A stretch of 64,000 nucleotides of DNA, from assembly GCA_964392315.1 (NCBI GenBank), contig CAYMOT010000001.1:359318-423317 (forward strand), given 5' to 3'. The translations under genes were made by a program, and so were the position numbers. Source of the DNA: an uncultured Candidatus Saccharibacteria bacterium (lineage in GTDB: Bacteria; Patescibacteriota; 4484-211; JAGQKX01). Shown here piece after piece: positions 30,054 to 38,400 of the stretch. Below the pieces are notes generated by a model that was given only the letters and a program-made list of their open reading frames with translations, did no database searches and was not told the origin of the DNA. Each line of letters begins with the position of its first letter. Position 1 is the first letter of the stretch.

Positions 30054-32235
30054 ACAGCGTTGTAGGTAGGGAAAACATAAATGTTGAACCTTTGCCTAAT
30101 TCTGAGTCTACCCATATCTTACCATGATGCATTTCTATAATTGACCGAGAAATATACAATCCAAGGCCGGTACCTTTTGATCCGTGTTCGAGTACCCCTG
30201 ATACCCGGAAAAATTTCGTAAATAGATTTGGGAGTGCTTCCTTTGGTATGCCAACACCAGTGTCTTGTACGTAGGTAATAACTTCGTTATTCTTCGACTC
30301 AAGCCACACGGTGACTTTGCCTCCGGTTTCTGTATAGTTAATTGCGTTTGCAATGAGATTGTTAATCACTTCAGTGATGCGGAGTTTATCTACATACACG
30401 AGAGGAAGCTGGGTCGTTGGCTCAATAAAGGTTAATTCAATATTTTTATCTTTGGCCCGTGATTGTAAATCAGTGGCAGCGTTTCGCACAATGTCTGCCC
30501 ACTGCAGTTGGGTGAGTTGAAGTGTCACTGAACCACGTTCTATTTGTGAAACATTGAGAAGGTTTTCCACGAGTCCGGTGAGTTGTTGACTTGCAATGTT
30601 CGCTCGTCCAATAAGAGTTTTTTGGTCTTCGTTTAGAAGGGTTTCATTCTCAGACATAAATACTGAAAGGTATCCAGTGATTGCCGTGAGAGGTGTGCGA
30701 AGTTCGTGCGCTGCTAGAGACACAAAGTCGAGTTTCATATCTTCTAATTCTTTTTCTTTTGAAAGATCGTGAATAGTAAGGATGCAGCCCAAATCTACAC
30801 TCTCAGCTTCGCGAATTTGACTACTCATTAAGTTTATAGGAACCTTTTTCCCTGCTTTCCCCAGCAAAAGGATATTTTGTTTGCTGAAAACTACTCCTTC
30901 AAAGTTTTCTGCATGCGTGGGGCAGTATTGTTGAACCGGAATCTCAACTTCTCCATCCATGATTTTGATGAATTTCGAAACAGGCTTATTGATGACCTCC
31001 CGAGCCGTATAACCGGTTAAACTTTCGGCCTTGGGGTTGAATAGCAGAATTCGCATGTCTTCCCCGAGCGCAACCACTGCATCATCAATACCGGCAATAA
31101 TCACCTCGAGTTTGTTTCGTTCTGCAGTAATATGTTCTTTTTCTTGTTGCAGCTCTTGTTTTGATTGTAGGAGTCCAAACGTCATCTCATTAAAACTTTC
31201 TGCCAGTTCTTGAATCTCGTCTCCTGTGAAGATATCTGCCTTTACGCTCAAATCGCCCTCCTCGACTCGTTTTGCAAGGGAGCGTAGGGACGCAATGGGT
31301 CGAGTTACGCTACTGCTTAATACAAGAGAGACGACTGCGAGTAAGGCCAATGTGACCACAAGCGTCGGATAGAAGATACGTTCAAGTAAACTGATTTCTG
31401 CAAAAGCTTCACGTGTCGGTTGTTGCACTATAACTGCCCATCCAAGCTGGGGTACGGTAAGTCCATTTTCTACGAACTCAACCTTACGGTCGTCAGTGTG
31501 TACGTAATCTGAGGGTGACTTACCAAGGGTTTCTTCTCTCAGCAACTTGGCAACAACAGGATGAGAAGTAAAGCTTTTTCCTTCATCGACATACTCCTGA
31601 ATTGGATGTGCAAGTAAACGTCCCTCATCATCTACTATGTAAGCAAAGCCATCTTCCCCCCGTTCTACTTCAGAAATCACTTCCCATAGCTGAGCAAGTT
31701 CTAGTTGGCTTTTAATAACACCGATGACGTCGCCGGTATTTGTCGTAATGGGGGAGAAGATATCTATATTAGGTGTGGCGCTGTTCTCAGAAAAATATAC
31801 CTTTGATACCCCTGTCCCGCCATTGAGTCCTAAATTGAATGCATCGGTGGGGATTTCAAAACTAAGATTGTCTTCCGGGATTTGTGCATTTCGTGTTAGT
31901 TTATATAATTCTCTCCCAGTTGGGGAAAGGATACTAAAAGTTTTATAGAAACGGTTCTGCTTAATGATAAATGATGCATGGTTATGAATGGACGGATATA
32001 TAGCACCTTCATTATCAACATATTCACTAGCTATTCCCTGGTGATCTAATTCGATTCGTGCGAAAAAGTTTTCTATATCACGGGATGCACTCGCCGCTTC
32101 TTGTTGCAGCAAATTGATCGTTTGGTTTTGGATAAATCGCTTTATTGTTATAAATCCTACTATTTGAATGATAAATGCGAGACCGAGTACGAAAGAGAAA
32201 CTGAGAAAAAGTTTAGATTTGATGCTGCGTTTCAT
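30031..32235 (-). CDS. sensor histidine kinase with extracytoplasmic Cache-like domain, HAMP and PAS
   Basis: TM1, a ~270-aa periplasmic domain, TM2, HAMP, PAS, H-box HELRTPLTAITGY and G-box GTGLGLYISRSIIEMHHG. Confidence 0.85.
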   Translation of the reverse strand: MKRSIKSKLFLSFSFVLGLAFIIQIVGFITIKRFIQNQTINLLQQEAASASRDIENFFARIELDHQGIASEYVDNEGAIYPSIHNHASFIIKQNRFYKTFSILSPTGRELYKLTRNAQIPEDNLSFEIPTDAFNLGLNGGTGVSKVYFSENSATPNIDIFSPITTNTGDVIGVIKSQLELAQLWEVISEVERGEDGFAYIVDDEGRLLAHPIQEYVDEGKSFTSHPVVAKLLREETLGKSPSDYVHTDDRKVEFVENGLTVPQLGWAVIVQQPTREAFAEISLLERIFYPTLVVTLALLAVVSLVLSSSVTRPIASLRSLAKRVEEGDLSVKADIFTGDEIQELAESFNEMTFGLLQSKQELQQEKEHITAERNKLEVIIAGIDDAVVALGEDMRILLFNPKAESLTGYTAREVINKPVSKFIKIMDGEVEIPVQQYCPTHAENFEGVVFSKQNILLLGKAGKKVPINLMSSQIREAESVDLGCILTIHDLSKEKELEDMKLDFVSLAAHELRTPLTAITGYLSVFMSENETLLNEDQKTLIGRANIASQQLTGLVENLLNVSQIERGSVTLQLTQLQWADIVRNAATDLQSRAKDKNIELTFIEPTTQLPLVYVDKLRITEVINNLIANAINYTETGGKVTVWLESKNNEVITYVQDTGVGIPKEALPNLFTKFFRVSGVLEHGSKGTGLGLYISRSIIEMHHGKIWVDSELGKGSTFMFSLPTTLYDQGSSH

Positions 32236-33129
32236 TTATTCTAACCATTTTTGTTTGAGTAGGGCTAACACACCTTTTTGTTTGAGAGTGTCTAGGATAT
32301 CATCGATTTCCTCAACAAGATCATCTTCGCCTTTCCTCATAACGATGCCGTAATATTCTGATGTAAACGGTTCACTTGCAATCGTGAGTGTGGGATTTTC
32401 GTCGATTATGCTTTTTGCGTTGGTTAGATCTGAAAAAATAGCATCTACTTCACCATTTACAAGTGCTTGGGTTGCTTTAATAAAGTCGTCATATCGTATA
32501 ACGCGCTCATCCGGAGTATAGAGAAGGGCTTGTTCTTCGTTGGTAGTTTCGTCCTGTACCCCGATATTTTTGCCATAGAGGTCTTCAGTAGACGTAATGG
32601 TGGTGTTGCCTTTATTGGTAATTATGACCTGTCCTGCGTTGATATAGGGTTCAGAAAAATTATAGAGGACCATCCGCTCATCAGTAATGGAGACTGAAGA
32701 GATAATAACATCGATGTGGTTGTCCAAGAGAGCTTGAAAAACGTCATCCCAGCTATATTCTACAAACTCTGCGGTTACTCCTAATTCTTGTGCAATACGC
32801 TTTCCTAAATCAATATCATACCCAACTAGGGTATTATTACTGTCTTTAAATTCCATAGGAGGATAGGTTGCGTCTGTACCAATGCGAATGGTGCCACGAG
32901 TTTTGATGTTATCTACATGTGGGGTTGGTATGGTTGGCATGACAGGGGTGTTTTCATACAGCTTCATCGAGTAATAGACAACACCTCCTATAAAGACAAG
33001 AAATAGGGGTATAAGAACCCAAATACTTTTAAAATGATTGGTACGAGAGGGCTGCTTCGGGGTTACCGGCTGTGCGGGTTGTTGAGAATAGGGAGCTTGT
33101 GAGGCAGTACTAACGGGTTCATCAGGCAT
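32236..33129 (-). CDS. membrane-anchored SBP_bac_3-type solute-binding protein (amino-acid-binding fold)
   Basis: N-terminal Pro/Gln-rich region plus a TM anchor, then a periplasmic-binding-protein type-II fold (..TIRIGTDATYPPMEF..). Its stop codon abuts the kinase start. Confidence 0.7.
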   Translation of the reverse strand: MPDEPVSTASQAPYSQQPAQPVTPKQPSRTNHFKSIWVLIPLFLVFIGGVVYYSMKLYENTPVMPTIPTPHVDNIKTRGTIRIGTDATYPPMEFKDSNNTLVGYDIDLGKRIAQELGVTAEFVEYSWDDVFQALLDNHIDVIISSVSITDERMVLYNFSEPYINAGQVIITNKGNTTITSTEDLYGKNIGVQDETTNEEQALLYTPDERVIRYDDFIKATQALVNGEVDAIFSDLTNAKSIIDENPTLTIASEPFTSEYYGIVMRKGEDDLVEEIDDILDTLKQKGVLALLKQKWLE

Positions 33130-33231
33130 TTTTAATAGATACTCATTATAGAGTAGCGAGCCGGACGCTGAAAGTCAATGGTACATTGATAAATCTTTAC
33201 TTTACTATGCTGTGCAGAATATACTTATTAT

Positions 33232-33612
33232 ATGAACGAATTCTTTCGTAAAGCTGCAAAGCGAGCTTCAGATGTAATGGGTTCGTTTTGGGCGTTTTTC
33301 TTGGCAATTCTCATAATAATGGTTTGGGCAGTCACCGGTCCCTTTTTCAATTTCTCGGATACATGGCAACTGGTTATTAATACGGGTACGACAATTGTCA
33401 CATTTCTCATGGTATTTCTCATTCAGAACACACAGAATCGAGATGCAAAGGCATTGCACCTAAAAATAGATGAGCTTATTCGGTCAATGGATAAGGCACG
33501 AAACACGCTACTAGATATAGAGGATCTGCCGGACAAGGAAATACAAGCGGTGCAAAAGGAGTTTCAAGAATTATCTCACCAAGGACTCACTAAACAGGAG
33601 AAACACAAGTAG
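33232..33612 (+). CDS. small 2-TM membrane protein, low-affinity iron permease-like (PF04120-like)
   Basis: ..FWAFFLAILIIMVWAVTGPFFNFSDTWQLVINTGTTIVTFLMVFLIQNTQNRD.. matches, from memory, the conserved core of the small bacterial family annotated as low-affinity iron permease. Confidence 0.4.
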   Translation: MNEFFRKAAKRASDVMGSFWAFFLAILIIMVWAVTGPFFNFSDTWQLVINTGTTIVTFLMVFLIQNTQNRDAKALHLKIDELIRSMDKARNTLLDIEDLPDKEIQAVQKEFQELSHQGLTKQEKHK

Positions 33613-33619
33613 ATTTTTT

Positions 33620-34531
33620 ATGCAACATTACCGAAATAAGGGGTTTACTATTATTGAAGTGTTAGTGGGAGTATGCGTATTTGTGGTCATCGGTACCGTC
33701 GGCTACATGCTTTTCAATAAGCCAACGGCTAACGAAAGTAATCAGACAAGTCCACTTGTAAAGGCCTCACCAACCATACAGGATTCTATTTCTCTTGAAG
33801 AAGTTCGGTGGCAAAGAAATAGTTCGAATGAATGGAGTGCAGGCGGTGAGAAGCCACCTGAGTGTCCGGTGCCATTGTTAACACAGAGTCCTGTTGATGT
33901 GACGAAGGCCACGGCAGTACTGTATCCTGGGCAATACAGGGGATCGCAATATAAAGCCCATGGTGGTTTTCGGTTTGACAACCAAGAGACAAATAGTGTT
34001 GAAGTAGTTCTACCTATGGATGCGGTGTTGACTGAGGCAGCTCGCTATATAGAAGCAGGGGAAGTCCAGTATCTGTTCACGTTTGTTCATCCGTGTGGCA
34101 TTATGTTGCGTTTTGATCATTTGCTCACACTTACGCCGGAGTTCGCCGCAATTGCTGAAACCCTTCCGGAGCCCAAAGTAGATGATTCAAGAGGAACCTT
34201 TTTTGATGAAACACTACCGTTTAAAAAAGGTACCATGATTGCGACAGCAGTAGGTTTCAGCAATCCTCTCAATGTGAGCGTGGATTTTGGGTTATATGAC
34301 CTTCGTGCGCAAAACCAGATAAGTAAAAATACTACTTGGGCAGCTTTACACGTTAACGAAAAGAGTCAAGCCTATTATGCGATGTGTTGGCTTGATGCAT
34401 TACCTGTCTTAGACAAGGAGATGGTACAAAAGATTTTGCCATCATCAACTGACTCTAAGAGTGCTAGTGACTATTGTACGGATGCTGCAGGTGGGACTAC
34501 GCTCAATTATAACAGTGGCAAACCGGTGTGA
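33620..34531 (+). CDS. type IV pilin / pseudopilin-like protein with a large C-terminal globular domain
   Basis: Class III signal peptide: basic leader MQHYRNKG, then cleavage-site G|FTIIE with Glu at +5 and a hydrophobic helix. A ~270-aa C-terminal domain of unknown fold follows. Confidence 0.55.
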   Translation: MQHYRNKGFTIIEVLVGVCVFVVIGTVGYMLFNKPTANESNQTSPLVKASPTIQDSISLEEVRWQRNSSNEWSAGGEKPPECPVPLLTQSPVDVTKATAVLYPGQYRGSQYKAHGGFRFDNQETNSVEVVLPMDAVLTEAARYIEAGEVQYLFTFVHPCGIMLRFDHLLTLTPEFAAIAETLPEPKVDDSRGTFFDETLPFKKGTMIATAVGFSNPLNVSVDFGLYDLRAQNQISKNTTWAALHVNEKSQAYYAMCWLDALPVLDKEMVQKILPSSTDSKSASDYCTDAAGGTTLNYNSGKPV

Positions 34532-34537
34532 GTAGAT

Positions 34538-35422
34538 TTAATAGGTGTACAGTACTTCTAAGTGGCTGGTCGTTTCATTCGAATAAAGGCCTAGTATTTG
34601 AGAGCTATTGGTGTGATTTTGTATTCGGGGGTTTTTTGTGCTGACGTTTTGCATTGTCTTGATAAATATAGCTAATGCACTTGGCGAGTCGGTATATTCG
34701 TTACCAAGCTTTATAATCGTTTCATAATCAAAATTATTAATAAATTGTATTGTTTGTTCGTCATACATTTCAGTTTTGTGTGGATATTGATAGTGTGAAA
34801 AATCAAATGCTCCTACAACCAAAACGTCTGAATCTTTGGCGTACTGTGTTAATACAGCTGCGGTCTCTTCTATTTGTGTTACGTCCAATCCATTCTTAAT
34901 GACTAAGGGAACTACAGAGGCAGAGGGGAGATAGTGTGCGATATACGGTAGAATTGCGGTAATGCCGTGTTCGTTTTGTATTATTTTTGTATCTAATGTA
35001 ACGAATTCCTGTGAGACAAACGGTGCGAGAACTGCTTGATTCGTCTTGATATTCCCCCGAGAGGTTTCAAAAATACTATCACTAGAAATAATATCTGTTG
35101 AACCTGCAGTAAAATGGTTGGGAGCTAATAAGATTATTGTATGGATTTTTTCACTCGCAATTCTTCCAAAAAAGTCAGCAATAAGGCGTCCCGCAATGGT
35201 ATGGTGGGGCACTATTCCACCTTTAATACAACATTCTGAAGTTGTGTTTTGTGTCTCGTTCACCGCTTGGTAAAAACTACCTTGATCTAACGTGGGAATA
35301 TGTATGATCTCCTGTAACGAGCTTCCAGCGCCAAGTACAGCGTCTTCCCTGTGAGGGTTTTCCTGTACATGAACGAAAATAACTGTTCCTATGAATGCAG
35401 CGAATAATAGATAGAATTTCAT
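34538..35422 (-). CDS. secreted/membrane-anchored MEMO1-family (AmmeMemoRadiSam protein B-like) protein
   Basis: N-terminal signal/TM, then ..KGGIVPHHTIAG.., ..ILLAPNHF.., ..HGITAILPY.. and ..DFSHYQ.. matching MEMO1-family motifs. There is a 4-nt overlap with the upstream A2M gene. Confidence 0.5.
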   Translation of the reverse strand: MKFYLLFAAFIGTVIFVHVQENPHREDAVLGAGSSLQEIIHIPTLDQGSFYQAVNETQNTTSECCIKGGIVPHHTIAGRLIADFFGRIASEKIHTIILLAPNHFTAGSTDIISSDSIFETSRGNIKTNQAVLAPFVSQEFVTLDTKIIQNEHGITAILPYIAHYLPSASVVPLVIKNGLDVTQIEETAAVLTQYAKDSDVLVVGAFDFSHYQYPHKTEMYDEQTIQFINNFDYETIIKLGNEYTDSPSALAIFIKTMQNVSTKNPRIQNHTNSSQILGLYSNETTSHLEVLYTY

Positions 35423-38400
35423 CGAGGTTTAATTAGTATAGAGGTGCTCTTTCCTATTGCTCTATCTGATAGTACCTTGTCAGACTGAAATACCGTACCG
35501 TCAAAGACGTAGGTCCCGGGGGATGATACACGCGCGTAGTAGATGAGGGTGCCTGATGCCGTTCTGTTTGTGCTTGTCACCGGCACGCAATAATAAACAG
35601 CGTTTTCATCAATTCTGTAAGGATAGATTTGATCATTTGGAATATAGCCATAGTCACGATATGAGCGAGAAACTGCTTTAAGTCCTGATGGCAAGTAATC
35701 GACAACTGAGTAGCATCCTTCATTGCCGTCTTCTATACGATAGGGAATCTCAACACGCACAATATTGTCTTCATAAATTTCTTTTGAATCCTGTTTTGTG
35801 CTATCACCAGCAAATATGGCACGTTCAATTTTGGTAATATGGGTGTCATTAGGTTGCTGGAAAGCGCTGGCCCATTCTAATGTTGCTCCGACATCGCCTG
35901 AGATATCCTTAAATACAACCTGTGGTGCTTGGTCAGGTTGCACCACAAACGCATGTACTGCTCCATTCGCCAGTTCTATTGCATACTCGGTGCCATCAAG
36001 AACATACGTAACCCTTGAAGGCTCTGTGGATAGGTTGGGTACCTTTTTCATTAGGTAGAAGAGTGATTCGAGCTGTGTTGTGGCGTCATTTGATTGGTAT
36101 TCGGTAATATATTGAAACATTCCTTCCGCACGCGGATCGTCGAGTATGGTACCTACGATCATTGCAAGTGCAGTGCTGGTTATTGATGTATCTTGTGAAT
36201 CACCTGAAATTATTCGTATGTATGGTGTGGCTTCTTCGCCATGCTTTTCTAGTATATCTTTGTATTCTGTATAACCTCGCTCAAAATCTCCCAATATTGC
36301 AAGCCCAATAACAAGTTGCAAGCGTTGGTCGATAGAGAGGTCAAGATTATCAAGTGCGGTATAGACTTCCTGTAATACTGGTTCATTGAGTGCAGCTGAA
36401 CCGAGAAGTGACGATGTTAGTTCGTCATATGATGAGCGCTCTCTTATCCTGAAACCTTCAAAATAAGCAGAGAGTGCGGTACGGTCAAATTTATCTGCTG
36501 CAACAACGGCTAATCTTGCAGATACTATTGGGTCAGGTGCGCCATATGGTAGGAGTGCAATACCATCTTGTTCATATTCACCAGATGTGAACGGTGATTC
36601 TGGTAAATTTGCATTGAAATGTGCGTTGAGCTGTTCTCGGGCCAGGTTACGGACCAAGGCATAGTCAACACGTTCGTTCTGTAGCCATGCCAAATAATTG
36701 AGTTCAGCATAATAGCGATTACGTTGGGCATTTGCGAGTGTTACGGTTGTAGGTTGCTGAATATTTTCTAACCGAGTGTCTGGTGTGATCGGAATATCAG
36801 TAATATTTTTTTGATACGTCCGTGAATGAAGAACCTCAAAGGTTCGCATGACCGTATCCGAACCTTTTTCAGTACGAGCCTCAACGGTCAGCTGATGGTT
36901 CCCTATCGTTAATTCGGGAAGTTGTATCAGGACTTGCTCAAAAGCTTTTTGGGTGTATTCATGGGGGGAATCCCAGCCGAGTGATGGGATACTTACCGAA
37001 TATTTTATTTCATCATTGGCAGTTAGGGCGCTTCCAAACGTACGCAGTGATATGCTAGGGGCATCTCCGATGACATAGGTGTTATTCATGGATGGCTGCA
37101 CAAAGACTGGTTTTGTTGTGTATACCAAAGACTTTCCGGTGCCAACCAAGAGATCATTGGTTACGCCATGGTAGGTGAGCCTCCACTGTGTTAGGTTATC
37201 TGGTAATGCAAATTTTGCAATTCCTTTGCCGGTGTTATTGGTCGTTACTGAACCAAAAAATGGTGTGTCAACAAAAACACTTCGCGTACCATCCTTGCTG
37301 TTATGGACGTAGATATTGTTTGCAATAAATGTATGGTTCTTTTCAATATGAAGATTATAGACGGTAAATGTGCCATATTCTTTTCGTATTGAGGTTATAG
37401 TCACTGGTTTGCCGTTGCTATCTATGAGCGAATCGCCTATTTTTGCTGATCCAATAGGCATCCATGAATTATTGATAAATACAACATGTTCAGGGGTAAC
37501 CTTGAGATGTTCGTTTATAACCAATATCTGAGAAACCGTATGTACATCAACTCCCGTTACGGTATCCTCGATCAGTCCGTTCTCCCGCGACGCTCCGAAA
37601 GTAAATATCGTATCGCCAGTTTGTATATCTTTAATAGGCTTTGTTTGAGTAGGCGATATCGCTATTGGTGTGTCACCTGTAAAACACGCTGCTCCCATTT
37701 CTCCTGCAGATCTGTCGAGGGGATATTGGTGTGTGGCATATGAAAAAGAAATACCAGAATCCACCGTTTGGTAGATGTCGCTCACAGGTTGAGTATACTG
37801 TTCACTTACGGCAAAAACTGCTTCATCCACGACGCTAAAATTAACCAGTGCTGGCACTCCGATGCCTCCTGCATTTTTGGTTTGAATGTCTAAGACGACT
37901 TCCTCACGAGGGCCGTAGGTGCTTTTCTGTGGCTTTACATCGATAGAAAGGGTTCTGGATTCTTGGTTAACTCGTACTGAATCATCCATCACGCGATACG
38001 TCGTACCGTCAAAATATATTACTACTATAGTGATGTTGGGTAGATCTTTTTCCGAGTACGTGAAGCTATATTCTGGTGAAGATGATAAGCGAATATCGCG
38101 AATACCTCTTTGTGCCTTAATGTAGAGGAATTTTTTAGTACCTGTATCGGTCATTGGCGCGCCATCCTTGAGGGCAGCTAGGGTAACATCCTCTCCGATT
38201 GTGTACCCTTCTTGTTGACCTTGTTGGTTCTTATGATGGAGAGAATAACCATCCTGCGAATAAAAAGTATCATACCGTGACCAGTTATAGGCGGTCGTTG
38301 CTTCTCTATCAATCCGGCCTTGTGCATCGGTTACACTAAAGGAGATTTCGTACCACACATCCGGAATAAAGGTGCGGCTGTATTCTACAATACCAGCCGA

